Source of the DNA: Methanocella sp.
GTDB lineage: Archaea; Thermoproteota; Bathyarchaeia; Bathyarchaeales; Bathycorpusculaceae
Direction: 5' to 3'
DNA: 35,407 nt
Assembly (NCBI GenBank): GCA_050261115.1
Contig: JBLNCY010000034.1
Coordinates: forward strand, 1-35,407
Part shown: positions 1-10,151 of the stretch, in pieces
How the letters are laid out: every line of letters starts with the position of its first letter
How positions within the stretch are numbered: position 1 is the first letter of the stretch
Translations under genes and position numbers: made by a program
Notes under the pieces: generated by a model
What the model saw: only the letters and a program-made list of their open reading frames with translations
Told to the model about the DNA's origin: nothing
Database searches by the model: none

Positions 1-2
1 GA

Positions 3-1096
3 TACATACTAGCTGGTGAAGCCTATTCACATGAAGACTATTTATCGGGCGTTTATTTGGCAAAAACAAATGCTGACGGAACCTTGGTGTGGAATAAAAC
101 ATACACTGGTGAAGAAGACCAAATTGGATGTTCAGTCGTCGAAGCAACTTCAGGTGGATATGTCGTAAGTGGCTACGCATACACCTACAACGAATATGAT
201 GAATGTAACTACATTTTACTAAAAACAGCATTCGATGGACCTCTAGAATGGAACTGTACTTACAACAATGCGCAGTACGATAGAGCAAAAATTATGGTTG
301 CAGCAAGGGCGGAGGATATGCAATAGTTGGTTACAGCATGGATGAAGATTACGCATACTATGAAACGTTCATTGTCAAAACATTAAGTAACGGTGAAGTG
401 GATTGGAGCCAGACTTATGGTGGATCAAATAGCCTGCGGGCCTATTCAGCGGTAGAAACAAGCGACGGAGGATACGCTATTACTGGCTACACACGTTCTT
501 CGTTATCTTACACATCGTACGTTTGCCTGATAAAAACTTCTGCCGATGGCACACTTTCATGGATTAAAACCTATGAAATAGGAGAGATAGCTAGAGGATA
601 CTCAGTAATCCAAACATCAGATGGAGGATATGCAATAACAGGGTATAGCGACTATAATGCGGTTCTGTTAAAGACAGATGTAAACGGAACGCTACTGTGG
701 AGTAAAACATTCAGCCTCAATGACTATGACTCCGATGGCTACAGTGTACGCCAGACATCCGATGGTGGATACGCAATAGCAGGCTACACCGAATCAATGT
801 TAGACTACTCTTACGATTTTCTGCTGGTAAAAGTCTCAAACAACGGCACATTACAGTGGACAAAAACCTGGGATGGCGGAGAAAGCGAGCGCGCAAGAGC
901 ACCCGTCGCATCTCAAGATGGAAGCTTTGTCCTTGCAGGCTATAATAGGAACCAAATTATCCTCTATAAAGCAACAGTTACATTAGAAGTAGGCTTGGCA
1001 AACATAGCGACAACAAACAATACGATAACAGTCTACCGCGGCATCGACGACAGCTACTGGCAGTACGTACGCATACAAATCTGGAAAGCCGACTAA
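3..1096 (+). pseudogene. Beta-propeller-like repeat protein (xGGYAIxG / WxKTY repeats); 5'-partial, with one -1 frameshift near 306
   Basis: The frame of ORF 57..326 is open from position 3. At ~306 the repeat continues as GGGYAIVGYSMDED in the frame of ORF 338..1096, so the two ORFs are one gene split by a 1-nt deletion (real or sequencing error). Confidence 0.8.
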
Positions 1097-1199
1097 ACAG
1101 TCGACTTCTCCAATTTTTATTTCACTTTTGAATGCAAAACATACTAACCTACCCTAAGGAATAAGCTTATTGTGAGATTGACCTGAAGGACTCTAAATT

Positions 1200-1330
1200 C
1201 AGGGTTGAATATGGAAAAATTAGGTCTGAGCGCTGGATTTGGCTTTTCAGCAGTAATGGCGTCTCTTTGGGCTATTTCGGCTCTTTGCTCCTCTGCGAGC
1301 CTTTCAAACTGTAGCTTCGAACACTCGGAG
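1200..1330 (-). pseudogene. Start-less remnant resembling the C-terminus of the 24116..24688 protein
   Basis: Minus strand reads QFERLAEEQRAEIAQ. LAEEQRAE (1276-1299) is identical to the peptide encoded at 24617-24640. There is an upstream in-frame stop and no start; boundaries are approximate. Confidence 0.45.
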
Positions 1331-1516
1331 CAACCCTTATTTTAGATTTCTAAATAAAACAAGCGTCTACAACTTTACTCAACTAATTGGTGGCGCCATA
1401 GAAACTTCGCCAAGCCAGGTCTGCTTTTTTGTCTAACAGTTTAGCATATGTATTTATAGCCTAAGTTGTTCAATTTGGGAATTAGTTCATTAAAGATCTG
1501 GGCAAGCGGTAAATCT

Positions 1517-2686
1517 ATGAAGCGTAATCCAAGACAGCTATTTGGTCCAGTAAGTCGAAACCCCGAGTTACTCCTAAGTTTCGGGAGAGGCGCTTACCGC
1601 CAGTTCGTAAAATCCAAAATCGATTACCGAAAAGAAGACGGCAGCAGCTCCTCACTATGGCTTCTAAGCCTCCGCATCACACACCGCTGCAACCATCGAT
1701 GCGTCATCTGCGCTCAATTAGGCGAAAAAGGCTACAATACACGCACCGACACACCTAACGTCAAAGGCGAAGTGCCAGCGGACGTCTATAAGCGTGTAAT
1801 TGACGAGGTGGCACCAAAAAAAGTACACGTATACATAACCGGCGGCGAACCCTTCCTCTATCAACCGCTCGTTCCACTCGTTAATTACATGAAAGAAAAA
1901 GGCTTAACCGTCCAAATAGTTACAAACGGCGTCGGCTTAGAAAACAACGCCGAGGACATTGTAGAAAACGGTTGGGACATGATCTGTGTCTCTTTCGATG
2001 GTCCACAAGAAATTCACGACAAATGCCGCGGTGTCGGAGGCGCCATGGAAACAGCAGTACGCGGCATAACCAGAATCCAAGAATTAAAGGCAGAAAAGAA
2101 AACCAGCAAACCCGCAATATTTGTTCTAACCACTATCTCAGCAAATAACCAATACAGCCTAGTCGAAACCGTAAAAGAAGCAGAAAAAATCAAGCCTGAT
2201 GGCATGATAATATACTATTCTTGGTTCACAAACGAAGAAATTGGGCAAAAACACACCAAAATCATGGAAGAAAAATTAGGCGTCACACCGTTTGCCTGGA
2301 AAGGATACGTACGGGACACCTCGACGCTTGATATCGAAAAAATCGCACAGCAGGTTCGAGAAATCAAATCCACAAAATTCAAAGTACCCATAGTTTTTGT
2401 CCCAGACCTAAAAATCGAAGACATAAAACGGTACTACTCACATCCAGAGGACTTTTTCGGCTACAAAAAATGCATATCGCCATGGTTCCAGCTTGATGTC
2501 ATGCCTAACGGTGACACAGTAACCTGCCGAGACTTCCCAGACGTCATAACAGGCAACATCATAGAATCTACAGTGGAAGAAATATACAATGGAGAAAAAC
2601 ACAGACAATTCAGGCGTGCACTACGAAGCTGCGAAAATGGAGTTTTCCCAGTATGCTCACGTTGCTGCGGTTTAATGGGCTACTAA
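1517..2686 (+). CDS. Radical SAM/SPASM domain protein
   Basis: CNHRCVIC (CxxxCxxC), ITGGEP, C-terminal Cys-rich SPASM-like region. ATG at 1517 preferred over TTG at 1466. Confidence 0.9.
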   Translation: MKRNPRQLFGPVSRNPELLLSFGRGAYRQFVKSKIDYRKEDGSSSSLWLLSLRITHRCNHRCVICAQLGEKGYNTRTDTPNVKGEVPADVYKRVIDEVAPKKVHVYITGGEPFLYQPLVPLVNYMKEKGLTVQIVTNGVGLENNAEDIVENGWDMICVSFDGPQEIHDKCRGVGGAMETAVRGITRIQELKAEKKTSKPAIFVLTTISANNQYSLVETVKEAEKIKPDGMIIYYSWFTNEEIGQKHTKIMEEKLGVTPFAWKGYVRDTSTLDIEKIAQQVREIKSTKFKVPIVFVPDLKIEDIKRYYSHPEDFFGYKKCISPWFQLDVMPNGDTVTCRDFPDVITGNIIESTVEEIYNGEKHRQFRRALRSCENGVFPVCSRCCGLMGY

Positions 2687-2713
2687 CCAGACGACCACAG
2701 TGAAGAAATAGAA

Positions 2714-3475
2714 ATGGTGAATGCTTTGGGCCCCATCGATGTTGCGCTCTTAACCTTCAATAGCGAAAGAAAACTGCGCCAATGCCTAGACTCCGTGTAT
2801 GCAAATGTACCTGTCAACCGCTTACTCGTTGTTGACGGATACTCAACCGATGGCACCTTAGCCATACTTGAAGAGTACCGAGCAAAATATGGCAAAGTCG
2901 TCATTGTCCAAGAAAAAGGAACCCGCGGAAGCGCACGCCAAACAGCAATTGAAATGGTCGAAACAGAATGGTTCCTATTTGTCGATAGCGACGTAGTTTT
3001 ATGCAAAGACTGGCTCAATAAAGCCCAAAAACTCATCACCCCAGAAGTCGGCGGCGTCTGGGGAATCGAGATCTGGTCAGTCCTACGTAACTCGGCGATT
3101 TTACCAATATTTGAGCGGATCACACTAAAAATTTTCTTTGAGCGTGGCGGCACCCATGACTTGCTAGTTCGCCGTAAAGCAGTTGAAGGAATCCACATTC
3201 CGTTTGAACTGCACACCTACGAAGATGGCTACATTAAACAATGGATCGAAGAGAAGGGCTACAAAGTACTGGGTATGTATGATCCATATTGTATCCACTA
3301 TCGGCCTGAAGAGGTATGGACAGTGGAAAAACACATCGGATTTGCAGTAAGTGACCTTAAATACGCCATAAAGAAGCCCAGCCTGCTGCTGTCATATGGA
3401 TTTTATAGCGGAATTGTAGCCGTGCAGATCTTTGCCGCCAAACAAAAAGAGAAAAGCAAGCCACCCAAAAAGTAA
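2714..3475 (+). CDS. Glycosyltransferase family 2
   Basis: LLTFNSE, VVDGYSTDGT and FVDSD (DxD) motifs. Confidence 0.92.
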   Translation: MVNALGPIDVALLTFNSERKLRQCLDSVYANVPVNRLLVVDGYSTDGTLAILEEYRAKYGKVVIVQEKGTRGSARQTAIEMVETEWFLFVDSDVVLCKDWLNKAQKLITPEVGGVWGIEIWSVLRNSAILPIFERITLKIFFERGGTHDLLVRRKAVEGIHIPFELHTYEDGYIKQWIEEKGYKVLGMYDPYCIHYRPEEVWTVEKHIGFAVSDLKYAIKKPSLLLSYGFYSGIVAVQIFAAKQKEKSKPPKK

Positions 3476-3573
3476 CTACAAAACCAACTCACAGCCCATG
3501 CTTTCAAGAGAACGCTAACCATATAGAAACTCCTTTAAGCATACATGCACCCTTAAACATAGGTGCGGCTTCT

Positions 3574-6297
3574 ATGGCTGAACGAAACAAAGACCCAAGC
3601 AACACTTCTTCAGCAGACACTACGAGGCCGCCGATAACAAGCGAAGAACTCGCCACCCTACCGCTCAACCAATTAATGGAGCGCCTTCAAACCACCCCCA
3701 AAGGGTTAAGTTCAGAGGAAGCCGCAGAACACCTTGAGATCTACGGCGAAAACGTATTAGCAAAAGAACATAAGCACTCGGCAGTGAAGGAATTTCTCCT
3801 ACATTTCAAAAGTCCCCTAATAATCATCCTACTCGTTGCCGCCATCATCTCTGGTTTTTTAGGGGAACTTGCCAACACCGTAATCATCCTAATCATTATC
3901 TTTGCCAGCATCGTACTAGACTCCTATCAAGAGAACAAGGCAGAAAAAGCAGCTGAACTCTTAAAGCAGCAAGTCACCTCAACCGCCACCGTACTAAGAG
4001 ACGGCGTCCGCACAGAAATCAAGTTACCAGAAATCGTCCCCGGAGACATAATCTACCTCTCCGCAGGCGACATTATCCCCGCAGACGCCCGGGTAATAGC
4101 CGCTAAAGACTTCTTCGTTAATCAATCTGCCCTAACAGGGGAATCTTTCCCAGTTGAGAAAACCCCAGGTGTTCCAGAAAAGGAAAAAATAGGCCCCCTA
4201 GAGTGGAACAACTACTGCTTTATGGGAACCTCCATAGTCAGCGGCACCGCAACCGCCATTGTCGGCAAAACCGGTGGAGCAACCGAATTTGGCAAAATCG
4301 CCAAGAAGCTAACCGAGAAACCGCCAGAAACGGAGTTCCAACGTGGAATCCGCGGTTTTGGCTACCTGATTATGCAGATTACCTTCCTTCTGGTAGTCTT
4401 CGTTTTCCTTGTAATCGCTCTACGCAATCCTGACGAGACAGGGGTCCTTTCTGCATTACTATTTGCAGTAGCCCTAGCAGTCGGATTGACACCTGAACTC
4501 TTACCCATGATCATCACCATTAACCTGTCTCGCGGCGCCATGGCAATGTCAAAGAAAGGCGTCATCGTAAAGCGACTTGCCTCTATCGAAAACTTTGGCA
4601 GCATGAACGTTCTCTGCACAGACAAAACAGGAACCCTAACAGAGAACCGCATCAAATTAATCCTAAACGTTAACTTGGAGGGAGAAGAAGACGAAAAAGT
4701 CTTCCAGCACTCATTCCTTAACAGCAACTTCCAAACAGGACTCCGCAGCCCACTCGACGAGGCAATTCTAAAACACAAAGAAGTAGATGCCTCCAAGTAC
4801 CAGAAAATCGACGAAGTGCCCTTTGACTTCATACGACGCCGGGTATCAGTAGTCGTGGAACAGGATGATCAACGCTACTTCATCGCAAAAGGTGCACCAG
4901 AAGAAATCCTCAAAGTCTGCTCCTACTATGAACTACGCCAAATCATAGCAGACCTAAACGATGAAGCCCGAAGCCAAATCGACCAAAAGTACCGCGACTA
5001 CAGCGCCGAAGGACTCCGAGTGCTCGGCGTAGCCTACAAACGGCTTAAAGAAGAAAAAGAAGTTTACTCCATCAACGACGAATCCGACATGATCTTCTTA
5101 GGGTTCGTGGCGTTCCTTGATCCACCCAAAGAAACCGCCAAGCAATCCATCGAGCTACTCACCAAAGCAGGCATTGAACTAAAGATCTTAACTGGCGACA
5201 ACGAACTTGTCACACGCAAAGTCTGCGAGCAACTTGGCTTTGAAATCAAAGGAATCACGCTAGGCAACGAACTCGCCGACATGACCGACGAAACAATGAT
5301 GGCAATCGTCGAGGAATCCAATGTTTTCTGCCGAGTTAACCCCGTACAGAAAGATCGCATCATCACCTTGCTAAAGCGTAACGGCCACATAGTCGGCTAC
5401 ATGGGGGATGGAATCAACGATGCACCATCCCTAAAAAGCTGTGACGTGGGCATATCTGTAGACAATGCAGTTGATGTAGCAAAAGAGTCAGCGGATATTA
5501 TCTTATCCAAAAATGACTTAACTGTACTCGCTGAAGGTGTGTTTGAGGGCAGAAAAACCTTCGGCAACACCATGAAGTATATTCTGACAAGCACTAGCTC
5601 AAACTTTGGGAACATGTTTAGTGTTGCAGGCGCCGCGCTTTTTCTGCCGTTCCTACCCATGCTGCCTGTACAGATCCTACTCAACAACCTACTCTACGAC
5701 TTCAGCCAATCCACCATCACCACTGACAGAGTAGACGACGAATACGTTATCCGCCCGAAGCGCTGGGATATAGGATTTATCAGAAGATTCATGGCGGCGT
5801 TTGGACCAGTCAGCTCAATCTTTGACTACATAACCTTCATCACCATGCTCCTATTCTTCATTCTACCGTTTGTGCCATTTGCGCTCCTAGGCAACGATAT
5901 CGAGGCACAGCGGCTGTTCCAGACGGCATGGTTCATCGAATCATTATGCTCCCAAGTGCTCGTAGTGTTTGTCATACGAACCAGTCGCGCACCATTCTGG
6001 AAGAGCAAACCCAGCAAGTTCCTCACCGTAAGCAGCATCGCAATCATCGGCTTCGCATTAGCCATCCCCCTCACACCCATAGCACCAGTATTCGGATTTG
6101 TACCACCACCCCTAGAATTCTACCTCATACTGGCAGCAATCCTAGGCGCCTACTTGCTGACCGCTGAATTAGTTAAAGCATGGTTCTACAAGCGGAATGC
6201 CTACCGGCTTGAACAAGTAGTAGTTCCCAAGCGCCCACTAAGACGACGCCGCAGACTAGGCGCACTAAGTCCCCAAAAGCAGAAAAGCACACGTTAA
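3574..6297 (+). CDS. mgtA: Magnesium-translocating P-type ATPase (type IIIB)
   Basis: TGES, AVGLTPELLPMI, CTDKTGTLT, PFDFIRRR, GDGINDAP and SSNFGNMFS, plus ILLNNLLYD typical of MgtA. Confidence 0.95.
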   Translation: MAERNKDPSNTSSADTTRPPITSEELATLPLNQLMERLQTTPKGLSSEEAAEHLEIYGENVLAKEHKHSAVKEFLLHFKSPLIIILLVAAIISGFLGELANTVIILIIIFASIVLDSYQENKAEKAAELLKQQVTSTATVLRDGVRTEIKLPEIVPGDIIYLSAGDIIPADARVIAAKDFFVNQSALTGESFPVEKTPGVPEKEKIGPLEWNNYCFMGTSIVSGTATAIVGKTGGATEFGKIAKKLTEKPPETEFQRGIRGFGYLIMQITFLLVVFVFLVIALRNPDETGVLSALLFAVALAVGLTPELLPMIITINLSRGAMAMSKKGVIVKRLASIENFGSMNVLCTDKTGTLTENRIKLILNVNLEGEEDEKVFQHSFLNSNFQTGLRSPLDEAILKHKEVDASKYQKIDEVPFDFIRRRVSVVVEQDDQRYFIAKGAPEEILKVCSYYELRQIIADLNDEARSQIDQKYRDYSAEGLRVLGVAYKRLKEEKEVYSINDESDMIFLGFVAFLDPPKETAKQSIELLTKAGIELKILTGDNELVTRKVCEQLGFEIKGITLGNELADMTDETMMAIVEESNVFCRVNPVQKDRIITLLKRNGHIVGYMGDGINDAPSLKSCDVGISVDNAVDVAKESADIILSKNDLTVLAEGVFEGRKTFGNTMKYILTSTSSNFGNMFSVAGAALFLPFLPMLPVQILLNNLLYDFSQSTITTDRVDDEYVIRPKRWDIGFIRRFMAAFGPVSSIFDYITFITMLLFFILPFVPFALLGNDIEAQRLFQTAWFIESLCSQVLVVFVIRTSRAPFWKSKPSKFLTVSSIAIIGFALAIPLTPIAPVFGFVPPPLEFYLILAAILGAYLLTAELVKAWFYKRNAYRLEQVVVPKRPLRRRRRLGALSPQKQKSTR

Positions 6298-6504
6298 GCA
6301 ACACAAAGCAAACAACCCTCATAAGAGCTATGTCATGTGTGCTTTGCATGCTTGCAAAATCGAATATCATGTTTTTGTTAAGTAGAGTTAGCGTAACAGC
6401 GTTGCCTTGATGGGTTGGCTTTTCAAACAGGCAAAATGTTGTTTGCAGAAACCGTTATTTTAGCTTAGAAAATAACAGGCAAGCCATAGAGGTTCAGGCA
6501 TCAT

Positions 6505-6894
6505 ATGCATAGCGTCTGTTGGGACTGTGAACATAACATGTTAAGGCTTAAGGTACTGGTACCCTTTGACCGCACGATTAAAGAGTACATGCATAGCACT
6601 GGCGACTTCCAGTCAGAGATAATTGCGGTTGTAAAAGAAAAACGGGAGCAGTACACAGTTTGGTACCGCCAAGGGGATATGCTGCGGCTTGTCACGTTTA
6701 AAATCCTGCATACCTGCAGTTTAGAGAAAGAGTCGCCCCCAAAGGGTGCAGGCTGCCCCTACTATGTCCAAAAGACAGAACCTGTACAAATAAGCAACAT
6801 CACCTATAGCAAACTACCTCAACATGCAAAAATTGAAACCAATCTTCACTCGACCCTAGACGTGTCCAGCCCTGTTCCAATCGAACGGAAATAG
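6505..6894 (+). CDS. Hypothetical protein with N-terminal CxxC
   Basis: 129-aa ORF filling the intergenic gap, with GAGG upstream; no recognisable family. Confidence 0.55.
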   Translation: MHSVCWDCEHNMLRLKVLVPFDRTIKEYMHSTGDFQSEIIAVVKEKREQYTVWYRQGDMLRLVTFKILHTCSLEKESPPKGAGCPYYVQKTEPVQISNITYSKLPQHAKIETNLHSTLDVSSPVPIERK

Positions 6895-6937
6895 GCCTTA
6901 ACCTAACCAGGCGTGTACAAACTGGGCGCCGCGTTAG

Positions 6938-7264
6938 CTATGTTTCCGCTACGAGTTCCTGCAGTTGCTCCTTAGTTAAGCCATAACCGGGCGTTGCATC
7001 CAACCTTTTCTCTACCTTGCCCTCCTTTAAGCATAGAACTGTGGGATAGTACTCGATGTCGTATTTTTCACAGAGGTCTTCTTTGAAATCAACCATCACT
7101 TCCAGGCACTCATCAGGGTGTGCTTTTGCGTATTCCTCAAATAGGGGCAGAAATCGCCTGCTATGGGGGCACCATGAAGCATAGAAAAGCGCATAAACCT
7201 TTGGTTTAGATTCTAATTGTGCCTCCACATCGTCGGCTGTGTCAACTGGCTTTTCATTTGACAA
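6938..7264 (-). CDS. Thioredoxin-fold protein, CxxS (WCPHS) active site
   Basis: FYASWCPHS and cis-Pro loop IEYYPT. Confidence 0.88.
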   Translation of the reverse strand: MSNEKPVDTADDVEAQLESKPKVYALFYASWCPHSRRFLPLFEEYAKAHPDECLEVMVDFKEDLCEKYDIEYYPTVLCLKEGKVEKRLDATPGYGLTKEQLQELVAET

Positions 7265-7270
7265 ACTTTC

Positions 7271-7975
7271 TCACCTCTCTTCCTGGTACTCCTCGGGGTA
7301 ATGGCTGCTATCACAAAACGGTTTAATCGTCGATTTTCCACATCGGCATAGTGTAACGCGGTTGCGGATTTCATAGGGTTTTCCGTCTGCAGAATAAATT
7401 GGGATACCCCCACGAATCCAAAGTGGTCCACTGATGCCGAGGGATGGGTCTTCGATAACGCCTATGGATTGCTCAAGCTTTGGTTCAACGGTTTTGCCGT
7501 TTGCTTTATCGATTACTACCAGCCGCCCTGATGGACAATCACAGGCGTTACGCACACAATTCTCCTTTAGCTGTGGATCGTCTGTTTGTGGGATTTGATC
7601 CCATATGTCGCCGCCTCTGTGACAGAACCGTGCGGATGCACATAGTATCTCGGCGTCCTTTAGCGTTAACTGTGGCCCATCGATTGTCTTTGCCATCTGC
7701 TCGAAGGGCACATTATCGAACTCTTCGGTTCCGTCAAATTTGATTTTAAGATGAGTGCCGTCACAGAAGGGCTTGTTGCCTGAGTGCCCGCAGCGGCAAA
7801 GAATGTACTTTTCTTGCGTGGGGTATTCACCGGCGAAAAGCCACTCTGTGGGGATGTTAGTTTCGCCGCCGCATTTTATAATCATTTTAAGTAGCGGTAT
7901 GTTGCCTGAGACCGCATAGGGCCCGTTTTTGGTAACCTGAATTCTCCTCTCAGACCCTTTACTAGTGTTGTCCAT
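7271..7975 (-). CDS. CDGSH iron-sulfur domain protein (two CDGSH motifs around a divergent 4Fe-4S mono-cluster domain)
   Basis: LCRCGHSGNKPFCDGTH and LCRCGKSTIKPFCDSSH; central CASARFC...CPSGRL. Confidence 0.92.
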   Translation of the reverse strand: MDNTSKGSERRIQVTKNGPYAVSGNIPLLKMIIKCGGETNIPTEWLFAGEYPTQEKYILCRCGHSGNKPFCDGTHLKIKFDGTEEFDNVPFEQMAKTIDGPQLTLKDAEILCASARFCHRGGDIWDQIPQTDDPQLKENCVRNACDCPSGRLVVIDKANGKTVEPKLEQSIGVIEDPSLGISGPLWIRGGIPIYSADGKPYEIRNRVTLCRCGKSTIKPFCDSSHYPEEYQEER

Positions 7976-8115
7976 TTGGGGCTTCCTCTAATCTATGGTG
8001 TCGGTTTGTACAATTAGGGATTTCTGTTAACTCTCTTGTTTGTTTGTGACTGTAACTTGCCAGTCACATCAGGTTATAGCTTCCTAACGCTAATCAATGT
8101 ATAAAATAGAAACTT

Positions 8116-8373
8116 GTGTGGATGTGGCTATGGTTGGAAGAACCGAAGAAATTCAGCATAAACGAATTGTCAAAGTTCAATGGGAAGAATGGGAACCCGG
8201 CGTACGTGGGGTACAAAGGCAAAGTCTACGATGTAACCGAGTCGCTACAGTGGAGTGACGGCGACCACCTTGGTCATGAGGCAGGAAAAGACTTAACCGA
8301 GCAAATGGAAATTGCGCCTCACGCAGACGACGTTATGGAGCGCTTCAAAGTAGTAGGCGTTCTAACGCCATAA
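8116..8373 (+). CDS. Cytochrome b5-like heme/steroid-binding protein
   Basis: ELSKFNGKNGNPAYVGYKGKVYDVT...HLGHEAGKDLT...APH. The true start may be TTG at 8134. Confidence 0.9.
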   Translation: MWMWLWLEEPKKFSINELSKFNGKNGNPAYVGYKGKVYDVTESLQWSDGDHLGHEAGKDLTEQMEIAPHADDVMERFKVVGVLTP

Positions 8374-8437
8374 CGGTCACATAACGCTTCTTAGATAAAC
8401 CTCGTAGGCAATTGACCTAATTTTTTGGAGGTTTTTT

Positions 8438-9181
8438 ATGGTTGACTTAACGGATAAAGTTGCTCTAATAACTGGCGCCGGACGAGGCATAGGAAAAGGA
8501 ATCGCTTTTACTCTTGCGAGGGCAGGCGCATCGGTCGTCTTAACGGATATTGCAGACACCGTTTTCCAAACCGCCAAGGAAGTCCAAAAGTTAAATGCAG
8601 AAGTTTTACCGATTAAATGCGACGTATCCAACTACGAGCAAGTATTAAGCACCCAAAAACAAGTTATAGGAAAATTTAACAAACTAGATATCCTTGTAAA
8701 CAACGCTGGTATCTATCCCCAGAAGTCCTTCTTGGAGATGACCCCCGCAGACTGGTCAACAGTCGTTAGCATAAATCAATCAGGCACATTCTACTTCACC
8801 AAAGCTTTCATTGAAGACATGGTTAAGCGGAAATACGGCAAAATCGTAAACATAACTTCCATATCGGGTCCAGTAGTTGCTTTCCCTAACCTTGTGCATT
8901 ACTCCGCCACCAAAGCAGCCATTGCGGGTTTCACGAAGGCATTGGCGCTGGAAATGGCGCCTTACGGCATTAACGTTAACGCAGTCGCGCCGGGGCCTAT
9001 CGACGTCAGCGAAAGCCAAGCAGAGAAGGCCATGTTCGAGCAGTTCTTGAAGGCGATTCCACTTGGCAGGCTAGGTAAACTCGACGATATTTCTGCACTT
9101 GTAGCGTTCCTGGTGAGCGACGAAGCCAACTTTATCACGGGCCAAACGATTGTTAGCGACGGCGGATACACTCTGCCATAA
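8438..9181 (+). CDS. SDR family NAD(P)-dependent oxidoreductase (FabG-like)
   Basis: TGAGRGIG, NNAG and YSATK motifs; GGAGG RBS. Confidence 0.93.
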   Translation: MVDLTDKVALITGAGRGIGKGIAFTLARAGASVVLTDIADTVFQTAKEVQKLNAEVLPIKCDVSNYEQVLSTQKQVIGKFNKLDILVNNAGIYPQKSFLEMTPADWSTVVSINQSGTFYFTKAFIEDMVKRKYGKIVNITSISGPVVAFPNLVHYSATKAAIAGFTKALALEMAPYGINVNAVAPGPIDVSESQAEKAMFEQFLKAIPLGRLGKLDDISALVAFLVSDEANFITGQTIVSDGGYTLP

Positions 9182-9431
9182 ATGAAAGGAATGCCTTCTT
9201 CATTCTTCTTCTGCCAGCGAACTTTTCAGGCGATTGCACTGGTACGTTTGCGTCTGGTTGGGTTGCAGGTCGGTTGTGGAAACTTCTAATAAGTCAGAAA
9301 GTCTGCAGGGTCGATGTACATTTCTGAAATTCGATAATTGTACTTGTTTAAATATTTTAGTTATGTTTAGAGAATTCATAGGAAATACTTATTTTCACTA
9401 AAACGTTGCTTGCGGGAAGCAAACGGTAACA

Positions 9432-9908
9432 GTGAAAAACATGAGACTATCGGCAACTTGGCGCCACCCATCATCCGTAATTATTGTTGCCATCGTAATC
9501 AACGCCGCACTATACGCAGCGGGCTCCTATACAACAGCTTATATTCCTTCACCTTGGGGTGTAGGCCAATTCCGACCAGCAGTAGTCATCCCAGCGTTGT
9601 TCTCAGTAGTCTTTGGTCCATGGGCAGGCGGAGTAGGCGCAGCCTTAGGCACCCTAATAGCTGACTCACTTAAGCATGGCGCCATCTACCCCGGAAGCCT
9701 ATTTGCTTCGGTACCCGGCAACTTTGTCGGCTTCTTCTTAATGGGTTGCTTGTTTAAGAAAAAATTCAACTGGACCAGGATACAGGCTAAAAAGTATACA
9801 GATAGAAGAATAAGAGAAAATAGCTTATTCTGTGGCTGCAGCCGAATCAACGATAAGGATGCTATGAGTGTGGTTTTCCCGGAGCCGTTTGTTCCAAATA
9901 GGACATGA
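9432..9908 (+). pseudogene. Truncated ECF transporter S-component-like membrane protein
   Basis: GQFRPAVVIPALFSVVFGPWAGGVGAALG is S-component-like. Membrane-protein character stops at ~9778; the remaining tail is largely antisense of an ABC ATPase remnant. Confidence 0.65.
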
Positions 9909-9994
9909 CTGGCGCCCTCTTTTAGGGTGAATTTGAGGTCTTTTTAGGACAAGTTTGCCTTCAACTTCGACTGATATGCCTTTACTTCAAGCAT
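9850..9994 (-). pseudogene. N-terminal remnant of a SufC-like ABC ATPase
   Basis: With two compensating frameshifts it reads MLEVxGISVEVEGKLVLKDLKFTLKEGASHVLFGTNGSGKTTLIASL (Walker A), then similarity ends. Confidence 0.75.
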
Positions 9995-10151
9995 ACCCAT
10001 GTTCGATCATAAAGAAGTAATTTTTACTAAGATAATCTTTTTTTGCGCTATTCCTGCGTGCAGAATAAGAAAACTACTTAAACCCAACCAGCTCCATCAA
10101 TTCATTACAAATCATCGCGTTTTATGAGCAGTTGAGGGGGTTAAGGGCAGC

